NCBI GenBank assembly: GCA_051294375.1
Contig: CM119268.1
Location: 21,015,980 to 21,079,868, forward strand
From: Paraspadella gotoi
Lineage: Eukaryota > Animalia > Chaetognatha
Length of the DNA: 63,889 bases
Reading direction: 5' to 3'
In this document: piece by piece, positions 14,593-27,950 of the stretch
Layout of the letters: every line of letters begins with the position of its first letter
Numbering within the stretch: position 1 is the stretch's first letter
Made by a program: the position numbers and the translations under genes
Notes under the pieces: generated by a model
What the model was told of the DNA's origin: nothing
The model's input: the letters and a program-made list of their open reading frames with translations, nothing else
The model's database searches: none

Positions 14593-15475
14593 AATCTCAG
14601 CTCCTGCCCCATTTCCACATCAGGCTTTATTTGGGTCATTTTACTCTCGCCGTCTATTCTCCGTCAGGACGCCACTGCAGACAAAAGGACAACGAATCCC
14701 ACACAAAATTTGGCCAAATAAGACGAAAGCGCGAAACCTAAATCGTCTGGGGGAAATAAGTAAACTACTAAACAAAATAAATTTATTCAAAAAACATAAA
14801 TGAGTTTAAAAAAAGAAAGAAACGGAAAGAAAGATCAAATAAATCTCAGCAATTGCCGGTTATTGACAAGTCCATCTTAGAATTACCTAATGAAATCAGT
14901 TGTTAGTTTTTCCCGTTTGTTTCTTTCTCGAGTTATAATCACATTGTCATCAATCACGCTGTAGATCCTCCTCTTCATCCCTTACCCCATCACCCCGTCA
15001 GCGAGTCTTCCTTACCTCGTCTCCGGTTATCTTTTTAACCTGACCCATTTCTCGTTCACCACGAACTTACCTCGTAGCCCCACATCTCAGCTTTAAAAAA
15101 AAATTCTGAAGGGAAAATCCAGCTACTCGCAACTGAGGACCATAAGCTCGGGTGACGTGAAGTTTTTAAACTCTTATTAAACTTACATATTACCTAACAT
15201 TCCTAATAATACAAATTACATATTAAGAAAGAAAAGGCCTGACTCGAACCCAGTCTCTCTTTAAACTTCTCCGCCTTTAAACTTCGCTTTATAAGTTCGC
15301 TACAGACTGTCTCACATCTTTCTTGGCTATTGTCTCGGCCACTCACTTTCTTGTCGTAACTCATCCACATTCCCCGCCCTCACTTACCCTTTTCTTTTTT
15401 CCGAATCTTCAACCCTCGCGTCCCCACAATTTTTACACAATCGTCTCTTTTCATCTCTCTCTCCACACTTGACCT

Positions 15476-15604
15476 CACCCACATCGACCAAACTTCCTTT
15501 TATCTCCACAATTCCTCACCCACATCGACCACACTTCCCTTTAACTCCACAATTCCTCAGCCACATCGACCACACTTCCTTTTATCTCAACAATTCTTTA
15601 CCCA
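15476..15604. repeat. About 42-bp tandem repeat, three copies
   Basis: CCACATCGACCA(A/C)ACTTCC..TTTA.CTC.ACAATTC recurs three times. Confidence 0.85.
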
Positions 15605-15757
15605 CCTGAACTCCACTTACCTTCCCAGCCACGAGCGCCGACCATCCATCATCCTAACCTTTGTTATCTCTTTTTTTCTTTTTCATATTTTTCTTCTTTC
15701 TATTTTCTTTTTAATTCTTCTTTTTTTTATATATATGTTCCGAGGACAGTTGAGGGG

Positions 15758-15828
<71 letters not shown>

Positions 15829-16968
15829 TGAGAGAGAGCGATAGTAGTCTTCAAAATTCGACGACAGAAAATATTTTTTTTAAAAGGAAAGAAACAGTTT
15901 CTTTGAATTTTAGAACCACAACACTCGCTCTAGAGTCTAATCTTTTGTTTCTTTTTTGCTTTTGTTTTTATTTTTGTTTTTGTTTTTGTTGTAGTCATTT
16001 TTTAAACCATCCTTTATTTTTTCTCCTTCATGTTGACTTTTTGTTTGTTTGCGAATGCGAATTCAATTCGAGTTCCTGTTGAGTCTTTGTTTTCGATTCT
16101 TAACACCTTGTTTTCCTTCCACTTAAGAAACTCTCTCTCTCTCTCTTTCTATCTCTCTCTCTCCTGCTCTCTCCTCTCTCTCTTCTTTCTCTCTCTCCTC
16201 TTTCTCTCTCTCTCTCTCCACATCCGAATTCTGGTTTTTATCTCAGTTTCGTTTTTGCTCCGCCAGGGGCTTTGTAACATTTCCCTTTTTTCTGATGAAT
16301 ATTTATTTTAATCTCTATTGCGTAAAAAAATGTGAAAATTATCATGTTATAAACAAAATATAGCTATTTACCCAGGGGAATAACGCGAAAAAAACCAATC
16401 TAATAAATTCTAAAAACGAAATTTATTCACAGCAAAAGCATTCATTTTTTACTAGACTATAAAACTAAAATTCTAATTTTTTTTTATTTTAAGACAAAAA
16501 AAATCTTTCTTCCTCCCTCGAGTTTTTTATTTGATGTTTTTCTTCTTCGACGTCAGAGTTCAGATCTCGAGGGAAAAATACCTCAAATTTTCGTCGTCAT
16601 TGTCGTTGTCGTCGTTGTCGTCGTTGTAGTCGGCGTTGTTGTTGTCGTCGTTGTCGTTGTCATCGTTTTTGATGTCGTTTTGTCAGTTTGGAAACGAAAC
16701 CGAGAATCCGATTAAAAAAAAAATTAAATGGAAAATTTAAAAAAACGGAATTCAATATCGGATTTGAATATAAAATAATCCGTTTGCTACAAAAGTGGAT
16801 AGAAGGAGAAACGAACCCCGGATATTTCATACGCGGCAATTCCCAACCTTAAACACTTCGCCATTTCGCCTTAAAGAATAAAGTGCTCCGAATTTTGACA
16901 CTGACTTCCTTCGGTAGTCAAAAAGATTTAAAGCTGTGCCAATCTTCGGCGTCGTCGTTGTCGTCGTC

Positions 16969-17073
<105 letters not shown>

Positions 17074-17687
17074 TGACGAATTCACGATTGATATTTTTAC
17101 AACTGAATCTCCTCAATGTTTGAATTTCATCTACTCGCCTTCTTGAAGTTTATGTGATATCTCGAGTGCAGTTATTTGACATCTACTATAGTGGAAATCT
17201 TTGACTGAGTTATACATAGATGTCTGAAAACTCTCTTTAGGTTCGCTGACATATCTACGATTAACTGTGCGTCTCTTTTAAAGTTTGGAAAAGCTAAATG
17301 TCTGATGTCGTCGTCGTTGTTGTTGTCGTTGTTATTCTCATTTTTCTTCTCATCATCGTTGTAGTTGTCACTGTTAGTGTCATCATCTTTGTCGCCATCC
17401 TTGTCGGCTTCATTTTAGATCCTCAATGACATCGTAGCCGACGAAACCGACAAAAAAATTCTCCCTCATGGATTTTCCCGGCGCCTTTTTCTTAAGCGGC
17501 GTGTCGGTGAAAGACTCACATTTTTTTTAGGAAATATAAAAGCGAGATTTTCCCTGCATTAAAGTTACAATATTTGTGATATCAGATAAGTTTTCTTTTT
17601 CTTTTTTTCTTTTTTTAATTTTAAACCTTTCCTTCTTGTCTCATGTCTTTATTTTTTACCCTTTTGCTTCTTTGAACATCTGCGGCC

Positions 17688-17790
17688 TTTTTAGTTGCGC
17701 CGCGAGAACTCGCGGAACAACTCTATAAGTCACTTTTCGGCCGGTCTGTCGGTCGGTCGGTATGTCTGTTCGTCGGACTGTTCCACTTAC
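17688..17790 (+). mobile_element. Helentron/DINE-1-like non-autonomous element 5' end
   Basis: T-run, then hairpin AGTTG..CCGCGAG-AA-CTCGCGG..CAACT, then CTATAAGTCAC, then a (GTCG/GTCT)n microsatellite; a degraded relative lies at about 19962-20030. Confidence 0.5.
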
Positions 17791-17825
17791 GTTAAAAATG
17801 CATATAATTCGCATATAGTTCGAAA

Positions 17826-17993
17826 TTGGGACAACCAATATAAAAATGATCCATTCATTTAATAAATAAGCTATCTTGCCCCTGACGTTGGACAGGCTTT
17901 GGTGGTTTAAGGCCTCCATCACTCTTACAAAATAATGACTTAGCAGGTCCCTGCAAGCTTTCAATCAAGACTCTCTCACAGTCTCGTTTATTC
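17826..17993 (-). repeat. Dispersed repeat family, longest copy (others at about 4850-5012 minus, 10363-10470 plus, 62449-62560 plus, 62651-62750 plus)
   Basis: Shared core TGTAAGAGTGATGGAGGCCTT(T)AA(A)CCACCAAAGCCTGTCCAA(A/C)GTCAGGGGCAA(A/G)ATAGCTTATTTATTAAATGAATGGAT is recognisable by eye, with varying decay, at all five sites. Confidence 0.8.
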
Positions 17994-19146
17994 ACTCCCA
18001 GAGAGCCTGGCTTCCCTATCAATGAAATGGTATAATATTTCAAAATACATGTGATCAAAGGGAAATACACTGCGGCGCAACACATCTTGTTTTATCTTTC
18101 CCTGTTTCTCTTTTTCTTTCCTACATATTTCCAATTTATAAATAGCACAAATTTCCCTGATCCATTTAGCTCCTCTCACCCCCTTTTCATGAACCCAAAA
18201 AGCTCCTCTTCCTCTTTCTTCTTCACTTCGTCTCGCGTTAAAAGGTGTCGCTAAAAAATTCATCGATACAAAAGAAAATTGAGACGAAAAAAAAAAATAA
18301 TGTGAATAATTAAGTTAAATTTGGTTCCATGACTTTTGATAAGAACTTCTGGTCTTCTCCATTTCGGCTTCACAAAAAATAATAGTATAAATACTACGAC
18401 AGAAAACATTGATTTTTTACCGCGAAAGTTTAAAGAAAACATTACAGTCAAATTGAGTATTTGTTGCGCGTCGGCCATGTTCGATCGGTACAACTGGTAC
18501 AATATTATTACATTACAAAATACTAAATACAAAAATACTCTTACTCTGTAATAAAGAAACTAAATTGCATCATAATTCAAGTCGTAACTAGTACATACGT
18601 ACGAAATTGACTTTACTAATTCAGTTTAAAACATTTTCGATCATTCACAATTCACATATTTGCACATTTCTTTCGTCATCGAGAAACAAGTCAATTTACA
18701 AAAATGTCTTCGGCTTAAAAGTTTTCTTCCTTCATCTTCCAAGTCATGAAATAAATTTGGTGAGCCAGCGGTCGACGACGACGACGACGGCGACAAAGAC
18801 GACGACGAAATATCTAAGACAAGGGCGAAAGTTTCAAAAAGCAAATGAAATATTGACATTTGGCGAAAATCTGTGTCGAAAAATGGAAAGGTAAGAAAGA
18901 TTAAAGGTCAAAGGTAAAAGTTAAGGTGAAATGAAGAATGAATGGTTATGTGAAAGGTGAGAATCAATAGATAAGTAAATAAATAGATCAATAATAAATA
19001 AATAAATAAAAAAAAAAATAAATAAATAAATAAATAAATAAATAAATATATAAATATATAAATATATAAATAAATAAACAAAAAAATATATAAATAAATA
19101 AATATATAAAGATATAAATATAAAAATAAACAAATGAATAAACAAA

Positions 19147-19214
<68 letters not shown>

Positions 19215-19286
19215 AAATAAATAAATATATAAATAAATAAATATATAAATAAAATAAATAAAAATAAATAAATAAATAAATAATAA

Positions 19287-19321
<35 letters not shown>

Positions 19322-21971
19322 ATTTTTAAAAAAATGAATTTAAAAAAAATGATCGATCAATAAATCAATCAATGAAAAAAAGACAAAGAAAGTCGCCTCG
19401 TTATAGAATAATAATAAAAAAATACTCTGGAGATGTTATATTAAAGATTGGTTAAGTTCGTCGGCGGAAAATAGCGAGGCCTCATGAGGAAGCGGCGCGC
19501 GAGTCAGCGAGCGAACTCACGAGAGAGCGAGATAGCGAGACAGACCATTCGCGCCCTCTCTCGCCATAATCCGAAAAACAAGGGAAAAATTAAGCCCCCG
19601 AGATCTCGTCGGCGGCGGGTGGTCGGAGGCGGCTGCAGCGGTAGCGGCGACGCCGGGCTGCAACGCCGGCTGCGGCGCCTGCTGCCGCCCCTCTGCGGCG
19701 CCGGGTGCTTTGAACGGGATTAAGGCCCAAAATCCCCGCGGGACGAAGTGAAAACTCGCAAAAATTGATTGTTTTTTTTTTCTTGTTTTTTTTTGTTTGT
19801 TTTCTGATTTTCACGGTATTTTTTTTTTTCTTTAATTTTTTATATTTTTCTTTTCAGTTTTACTTCATTCTCTCTTCATTTTTGTTTCCTCTAATTCCTT
19901 TCTGGTTTTTCTACAGCGTTTGGTCTTTTGTTTTGATTTTCTCTCTTTTCTTTATTGTACCTTTTTTTAGTCGAACGGCGAGCGCTCTCGAAGAACCTCT
20001 AAAGAAACTTTTTGGTCGGTCGGTCGGTATTAGAATCAGTCCATCAGTACATTTTAATTAGTGTAAATACATGATTGTTTAGATTAAGGTCAGGTACCCT
20101 AAATTGACTAATGTCTCGTTTAATTGCCACAATACGTATATTTCTCAATAATTTGAACTTACCAGTTCTTATTATTTTTCGATAGAGACGAGGGTCGAGA
20201 GGCGAGAAATAAAAAGGAAAATCGAGATTCGAATTTCGGTTTTTTTTTGTTTTTTTTTTTTTTTTGTCTAACTTTTGCGGAGATAAACATCGTAAAATCT
20301 TTGTTTTTCCGTAGTAAAGAGTTGTTGTTGTTGTTGTTGTCGTTGTTGTCGTTGTTTGATGTTTTTTTGAGAACGTTTTGTTTAACGGGTTCGGGTCAAA
20401 GAAAACGATGCTTAACTGGAGGCTCAATACAAACTTTGTTTTGCTGAAAAGAGCTTTATCTTTTGCTTTATCTTTTGCTTTATCTTTTGGTTTTTTTTTT
20501 CTCTTTTTCGTTTATTTAATTTTTTTGAAAATTAAACCTTATGACCCGTATTGAAAAAAGGGCACCAAATTAAACCGTGGAATTAAATAGTTTTATATGA
20601 GTTATAAATACACATAGATATATGTATGTCAGACTTTACAATAGACTCCAAAGTGTCATCAGCTTCATGTATCACATCCCCCCGTCAGAGGTCAGCCCAT
20701 GCGAAGCCAAGCTTCACATTGTGTATCTTCTTGCCTCTTGTCGTGAACTAATCCCGGTTTCGCTTCGCATGACACCCAATTTGATTCGGGTAAGGTTAGC
20801 GTGGGTTAGCATGGTTAGAATCAGGTGGGTTAGGGAAGATGAGGTGGGGGAGACGCCCGAAACAAGATCATCGGGTCAAGCAGGAAGTAGGGGGCAGAAA
20901 GTAGGTTCGAATAATTTGACAAAGTAATTGTATAGTATATTTAATTACATTTGATATATAAATAATTGTTCCTCTTTATGCAAAGATGTAATATATTTAC
21001 AAGGCTATTGTTTTTTTTTCTTTTTAATAAAATGCCTTGGATCGCGTCTGAAAAACGATTTATCATTGTCAAGCGAAATAGTACGTATGTTAGTAAAAAT
21101 TGCCTCATTTTTTTAAAATAAAAAAGACTTGGATGGATGTAATTCAACCAAAAAATTTTACGGACCGAAGTCTTTTAAAACGCGTCGTGCGTCTTGACGA
21201 TTAAAGAGCGGCGTGCGGGAGGCGAAGCGAAGAAAAGAGGATAATGCGAGTTAGAGCAGTTGGGGGAGGGGAAGAAAGGGAGGAGAGAAGAAGAAGAGAA
21301 AAGAAGGAGAAGGAGAGGAAGAAAGGAGGCGAGGAAAAGGAAGAAAAGAAAAGAAAGAGAGGTGAAAAAAGAGAAGCATGATAAGAAAGAAAAGAAAAAG
21401 AAGAAAAAAAAGGAGAAAAAGGTGAAAAAAGTAAGGCGTCGCTTGGCAAAAAAAGGAGGTAAGGGGTTTGCGAGTAGGAAAAGAAAAAAGTTAAATATAA
21501 ACTGAAAGATTAGGGTAAGTGAAGTATCTCTGCTGCTGTTGGAGGAGCAAAGAAAAAAAGAAAGTAGATATAAGAAACAAATAAAAGGTAAAATAAAGGA
21601 AAAAGAAAGGAAAAAGAAAGGAAACGAGGATAAGGATGTAGAGAAGGGGAAAGGGAAAGGAAAAAGAAAAAGAAAAGGGAAAGAGAAAGGGGGAAGGGGA
21701 AAGATGAGCGGAAGGAAGGGAGTTAAGGGAAAAGGAAAAAGGGAAAGGGAGGGGAAAAGAAAATGGAAAAGGGAAAGGGAAAAGGGGAGGGGAAAGGGGA
21801 AAGAGAAAGGATCCCGATGACAGGCGGAGGTTCATGCCTGACTTACTTGGCGCAATGAATCAAGTTGTAGAGAGAGGGAGACATCGGGGAGAGGGTAACA
21901 AAAGAGAGATAGAGGAGAGAGAGAGAGAGATAGAGAGAGAGTGAAAGAGAGAGAGAGAAGAGAAAAAGAGA

Positions 21972-22022
<51 letters not shown>

Positions 22023-23109
22023 TCTTCTTCCTTTTTTTTTTCTGTTAATTTCACTATTTTCTTTTTTCGCTGCGACTGAAGTGAAGCGAGAAAATGTCTT
22101 AACCATTACAAATAATTGAGTAAAAAAAGACAGAGGAAGATAGAGAGCGAGAGAGAGAGAGAGCGAGAGAGCGAGAGTAGGTGAGAGGCAGAGAGCGCTA
22201 AGCTTCTAGACCAAGAGAAAAAATGGCATAACAATTTGGATTTTAAGATTTTAAGGTTATTATTATAGTTATTTAAGATTATTTTAAGATTTTCTTTTTT
22301 ATGTTTACCACAAATTAAAGTAAGGGATTTTTCTTAATGTGATTTCATCTCAAAACACCGAAATCAACATCATTTTGATGCGAATCTGCGTTAAAGTCAT
22401 TAGCCTTTTGTTTACTCGCAAAGTCAAAACAGAGAAACTTAATTAAGGGATCCATCTTCTCTATTTAGCTCCATCGATATTTATATGAATATCTGTCCCT
22501 CTTACGGTAAACAAACGTTGCTTCCGCTTCGATTCTTGAATAATGAAGTATACAAATATTGAATGTTTTTTCTTTAAATAGCTTTTTCCGATTAATTTTC
22601 AGAGAATAAAAGGATATTATGATTGGTTGACTCCCTCCCTTTTATATATTGATTGGTTGTCTCATTGATCCTGTATTCTCTTAACTTCAATATCGCTTTA
22701 ATCCATAGCTTTAATCTAGATCTAGAAACTCAAAATATGGAATCAGGTGGAACCCGGATGGAATCGAATCATAGACTCGGGGGGAAATCACCGAAAATGG
22801 AATCGTGCTCTCTGATTGGTCGAGACTCAGATGGAACCCGCCCGGAAATTCTACCCTCGTCTCTGCTCAACTTCCCTTGTATAAATTGTATTGGTTTTTG
22901 TAATTGATGATTTTTGTCTATTATCTTATCAGTACTCATCAGTACTAAGTTATTAACCCATTAAAATTCCCCCCCAAAAAAATTGTTCCAATCACATAAA
23001 CTTGTCATAGGATCTCTTAAATCGCTTTGAAAATCGCTTTTATTCAAAATCACTTTTATTCAAAATCGCTTTTATTCAAATCAATCAATTTGCCTTAGGA
23101 ATATAGTTG

Positions 23110-23356
23110 TGCTCTTTCATCACTATGACTGAAATCGCTTTGATCGCTCTGACTGAAATCGCTTTGATCGCCTTGATTCTCTTCAATCGATTTGCCTCAT
23201 GAATCTCGTCGTGCTCATTCATCACTATGACTGATATTGGTTCGATCGCTTTGACTGAAATCGCTTTGATTGCTTTGATCGCTCTGACTGAAATCGCTTT
23301 GATCGCCTCAATTCTCTTCAATCGATTTGCCTCATGAATCTCGTCGTGCTCATTCA
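23110..23356. repeat. 135-bp internal duplication built from ATCGCTTTG and ACTGAAATC subunits
   Basis: ATGAATCTCGTCGTGCTCATTCATC occurs at 23199 and 23334; it accounts for track ORF 23085..23414. Confidence 0.85.
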
Positions 23357-23502
23357 TCGCTTTATCGCGTTTCATCGAGTATTGATTCTTCGTATTAGAG
23401 AAATCCGCTTTCATTTTATCTCCTCCCCTTTTTTCTCATCTTCTTCGTATCCGTTTCTCTTTTTTCTTTTTCCTTTACTTTCATATTTATTCTCCTTTAC
23501 AT

Positions 23503-23559
23503 TCATATTTCTCTTTTCGGCTTTCTTTTCCGAGAGCGTCCAATTTCTGTTCCTTCATC
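23503..23559 (-). CDS. Candidate terminal coding exon 1: DEGTEIGRSRKRKPKREI*
   Basis: Weak acceptor TTAATTTTAAG| in phase 0 at a change in composition; AAG acceptors are also used by exons A and D; no independent support. Confidence 0.3.
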   Translation of the reverse strand, partial: DEGTEIGRSRKRKPKREI

Positions 23560-24715
23560 CTTAAAATTAACTATAATCTATGGCCAAACCTTTAACACAT
23601 TCTTAAACCTAAGCCTAAACATTATTCCAAATTTTATAATATTAACCCTAAACCCTAATTCATCATTCTAACTTTTAACCTTAATTCCTAACCTAATCCT
23701 TAACCTCTAACCTATAATCATTAAACCTGAAAACTAACTAAATTGCCAATTTGAGATGAAACCAGAATTGGGGCTGTTTAAGAAACTAAGGCCATCTTTC
23801 ATTTCTATTTGTGACATTTTTCTCTTCCCTCTTTCACCCGTAATGCTTAGTAATACTTAGTTCCTTAGCACTTAACTTGTTTTCGAGATATTTCTCCCTT
23901 CCCCCTCTTTCATTTTTATTCTCTTTCCTCCCATATCTCCAATTTCTCCTTTTCCTCCCTTTCCTCCCTTTCCTCACTTTTTCCTTTTCCTCTCTTTTCC
24001 TTCTTTTCTTTCGTTTCCTCCGTTTCCTCTTTTTCATCCGTTTCCTCTCATTCCTCCTTTTCCTCCCTTTCCCCTTATTCCTCGCCTTCCTCTTTGTCTT
24101 CTCTTTCCTTTATTTTTTTCTCCCTTTTCTCCCTTTCCTCATTTTCTTTCCTTTCCTCATTTTCCTCTTTTTCCTCTTTTTCCTCTCTTTCCTCTCTTTT
24201 CTCCCTTTTCTTTCTTTCTTTCTTTTCCACCGTTTCATTTTTTTCCTCTCTTTCCTCCCTTTCCTCCTTTTCCTCTCTTTCCTCCTTTTCCTCTCTTTCC
24301 TCCATTTCCTCTTTTCTTCATCTTCCTCCCTCTTTCGTCGGTTCCTTTCGCATTATTTCTTACGCTGTAGGAAAAAAAATAAATGAAAGGGAAAGAAAAG
24401 GAAAAAAAGAGAGAAAAAGAAATGAAAATATATTTAATCCAATAAACGTTTAAAGGAGAACGCCGCCTTGTGAATAGAACAAATGAAAAATAAAAATAAA
24501 ATAAAAACCGCGAAGAAAATCGAACACCGCGCGTCCTTCTCTCCTGAAATATTATCCAGATAAAAATTGTTTTATCAATTGAAAACAAGAAAATGAAAAA
24601 AATAAAATTAGGCGACTTAATTGGTTTCGATGAACCCGATCACGTTGGAACTTTTTGAGTCGTGCGAGTTGATCACATGATCGAATTCGTACGCCCCACG
24701 TGAGCGCGTGCTTAC

Positions 24716-24736
24716 GTGTGCATGCGGACTGACAGA
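24716..24736 (-). CDS. Candidate 21-nt microexon (phase 0 to 0): SVSPHAH
   Basis: T-rich tract ending CCTCGTGTCAG|, donor CAC|GTAAGC; frame-preserving and phase-matched to exon I. Confidence 0.55.
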
Positions 24737-24862
24737 CTGACACGAGGAAAAAAAAACAAAACGAATTACGATCATTTCGATTTCCAAAAAAAGAAAAAAA
24801 ATCGCAGAACGGAATGCAAGCGTATATTAGATGTTTGCAGAATACCAGGGGGCGCTCACTCA

Positions 24863-24975
<113 letters not shown>

Positions 24976-25651
24976 GGCCAGATTTTTGATATCGGTTTTC
25001 CTCTCGTTGTCTCTTTTCCCCTTTCGCTTTTTTGTTTGACAGGCAAAGCTTTTAGCTTATCGCATTTCTGCGGCATCAGACTTGAAAATCTCACTATTTC
25101 CGCCTCCTTTTTTTCTGTTGTTGTTGTCGTTGTCGTTGTTGTCGTTCCTTCACTTGTCGTCGTCGTCCCTGTTTTTGTGATGCCTGTTTTCGCGTTTTTC
25201 TTTCGTTTTCTTATTTTTCTTTTTTTTTTAATCTTTTTTCCTCAGTTTTTGTTATGACGTTTCGTCAAGTTCTTTTCTTTTTTTTTTCATAAATTCTAGG
25301 TGTATGGTTTCGACACGTAGAACGTTTTAAACAGTTATGTTTTTTTAAATGTACAAACAAGAAATGTGTAGAATGAATGTATGACATACTGAACAAGAGC
25401 AAAAGTAATAAATAATCGAATGAATAAATGAATGAATGAATACATGAATAAATAAATTAATCAAAGAAAGAACTAAAGAATCAATAAAACAATGAATGAA
25501 TTATTAAATTAATAAATTAATGATTAAATGAATCAATCGATAAATCAATTAATGAATCAATCAATCAATAAATAAATCACCTAAAAAATTAACAAATATA
25601 TGAAAGAAAAAAAATAGAATCCGTTTCTAGAAATCTGCCCCGCGAACTTAC

Positions 25652-25889
25652 TTTTGAGTAACCCTTTCCGTAAGAATTGCCTCCCGAGTTCCGATTGGCC
25701 AGTCCCCCCCTCTTCATCGTAGCAAAGGGTGGACACGAGTTCTGATTGGTCGAAACCAAACTCTCTGTCGTTACGTGATTGGTGGATGTGTTGTTGTTCG
25801 TCGACGTGGTCGTTGACGTCACGGCGATGACTTCATCACGACCGGATGTTGACGTCAAGAGACTTGGGTCGCGGGATGCAGCGAGAGTG
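25652..25889 (-). CDS. Exon I (238 nt, phase 2 to 0): Ser/Thr/Asn-rich cytoplasmic segment ending FATMKRGGLANRNSGGNSYGKGYSK
   Basis: Branch-like CTAAT, acceptor CGTTTTTCAG| and donor AAA|GTAAGT; 79 open codons; overlaps track ORF 25589..25858. Confidence 0.85.
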
Positions 25890-26098
25890 CTGAAAAACGA
25901 TCGGGGAGTGAATTAGTGGTGAGACGGTGGAAAGGTAAGCAGAGGGCGAAGGAGAAGAAATAGATTGGCGGAAGGTTTTACCACGTTAAAACTCACAGGA
26001 TCATTACTTATCCTCCACTTATCCTTATATATGATATCGTTATCATGACATATCCTCTATCATCGATTGTAATGAAATGTCATGTCATGTCATGTCAC

Positions 26099-26160
26099 CT
26101 GTGATGATGAGACGGAGCTTCCTCGAACATCGCGTAAGGAATGTAGGATTCTTGGGAATT
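26099..26160 (-). CDS. Exon H (62 nt, phase 0 to 2): NSQESYIPYAMFEEAPSHHH
   Basis: Acceptor TTTTCTTTTTCGCCACAG| and donor CAG|GTGACA; bridges phase 0 of exon G to phase 2 of exon I. Confidence 0.8.
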
Positions 26161-26205
26161 CTGTGGCGAAAAAGAAAATTGAAAATTGTAATCATTAAGT
26201 TAATT

Positions 26206-26241
<36 letters not shown>

Positions 26242-27313
26242 TTCGCATTTCTTTCTTTCTTTCTCTCTCTCTCTTTTCTTCTCTCTCTCTCTATCTCTCT
26301 CTCTTCTCTCTCTCTTCTCGTCTCTCTCTCTCTCTCTGCTCTCTCTCTCTGATCAAGTTCCTTCTCAGTTGGGTCCAAATCGATTGTCTCTCTCTCCCTC
26401 TCTCTCTTTCCTTTCACTCATTTTCTTTTGCCTCTTTTCCTTGTCAAACCCATTTCCAGGGGTAAATACAAGACAGAAGCTTTTTACTATAAAAAACACA
26501 ACCTACGGTTTTACGTTTTTCCCACATAATTTAACTTATAATTCGTTATTTAAAACTTTTGTTTAATAAAAATTAGATGGTAATTCGGAACTAATAATAT
26601 AAACAGAAGGGCGATTGTACGTAAGAGATTGTTAAAAGAATATTTATTGGTGTTTGAGTAATAATTCCAATCCAAACATAGTATTAATTAAAAAAATTGA
26701 TATGAATTAATTGAATTTCATTACTGACAAATTACGACTAGCAAAACGTTTTTTTTATCTATCCCATCTCTTACTGAGATTAATTGTATTTTTCTTACTT
26801 TATTTCCTAAATTGTACGACTTTTTCCATTTCAATCTTGAACAACTTGCTCACAATCCTCTTCCAGTTGCTCTGCTTCTCGATCAATTCTATTTTCTATT
26901 TTCTTCGCTTTACCCTTTCTTTTCCTTTCTTTTCCTTTCTTTTCTACTCGTTACATTTCCTTCTTCTTTCTTAACTTTTTTCTTTTTTCTTTTTCCTTTT
27001 TTCTTTTTTCTTTTTTCTTTGCATTTCCATAATAAACATTGTCTTTGTTTTATTTAAATCCTCTACTTTTCTTTCTCGTCTTTCACTTTCCTCTCTCTTC
27101 ATCCTCTTCCCTCTCTCTCCCTCCCCCTTTCATCCTCTATCCTCTCTTTCTCACACTCTCTCTTCCTCCTCTCTTTTTGCCCCCCTCTTTCCCTTTCCTT
27201 CTCTCCCCTTCCTCTCTCTCACCCCCACCTCCTATTTTCGGTCCACATAAGAGACACTTAAAGAGAATCATGAGGGCATAAAGACTCGAGAAAAAGGGTG
27301 AGGGACGAGACAC

Positions 27314-27409
<96 letters not shown>

Positions 27410-27897
27410 TTAGAAAGTCAAAGGAGGGAAGCCGCTTGCTTTATTGCGCTTTCGATCCTCGTCTTTATTGCTTGTTGCTTTTTTTAACTGAAAGGGGGGA
27501 TAGAGCTATTGAAAAAAAAGCGTTTGCTTGATTAAAACTTTATCGTCGTCGTTGTCGTCGTCGTCGTCGTCGTCGTCGTAGATCGAAAGAGGAAAAGAGC
27601 GAGAGGGTTCTTTTTCTTCCATTATCAACGCTCCATTTATTTTTTAACCGGAGCACTTATTTAAAAAATATTTTAAAGTAGTTTTTGGTTAACCAGAAAA
27701 TATTGCGCATTTCCATTTAAAGGAAAATATTGCTGCGAGTTCCTTCACATTGCTGGAGGTAAAAGTATCATTATCTTTTAAAACTTAAGTATTGAAAACT
27801 TATAGATTTTATTCAAAATTAAAAACAAAAGTAACTTTTTAAGTTTCTTTTATACAACTTGAAAAAATCTTTCTTTCTCTCTTTCTCTCTCTCACTC

Positions 27898-27950
<53 letters not shown>

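Noticed and set aside
15238-15252. B-box-like GGTTCGAGTC on the minus strand as a tRNA or SINE
   Set aside because: No A box or cloverleaf could be built around it
23585-23735. TAACCC/TAACCT-like tract as an interstitial telomere (similar tract at 61545-61610)
   Set aside because: Highly degenerate and not a clean (TTAGG)n array
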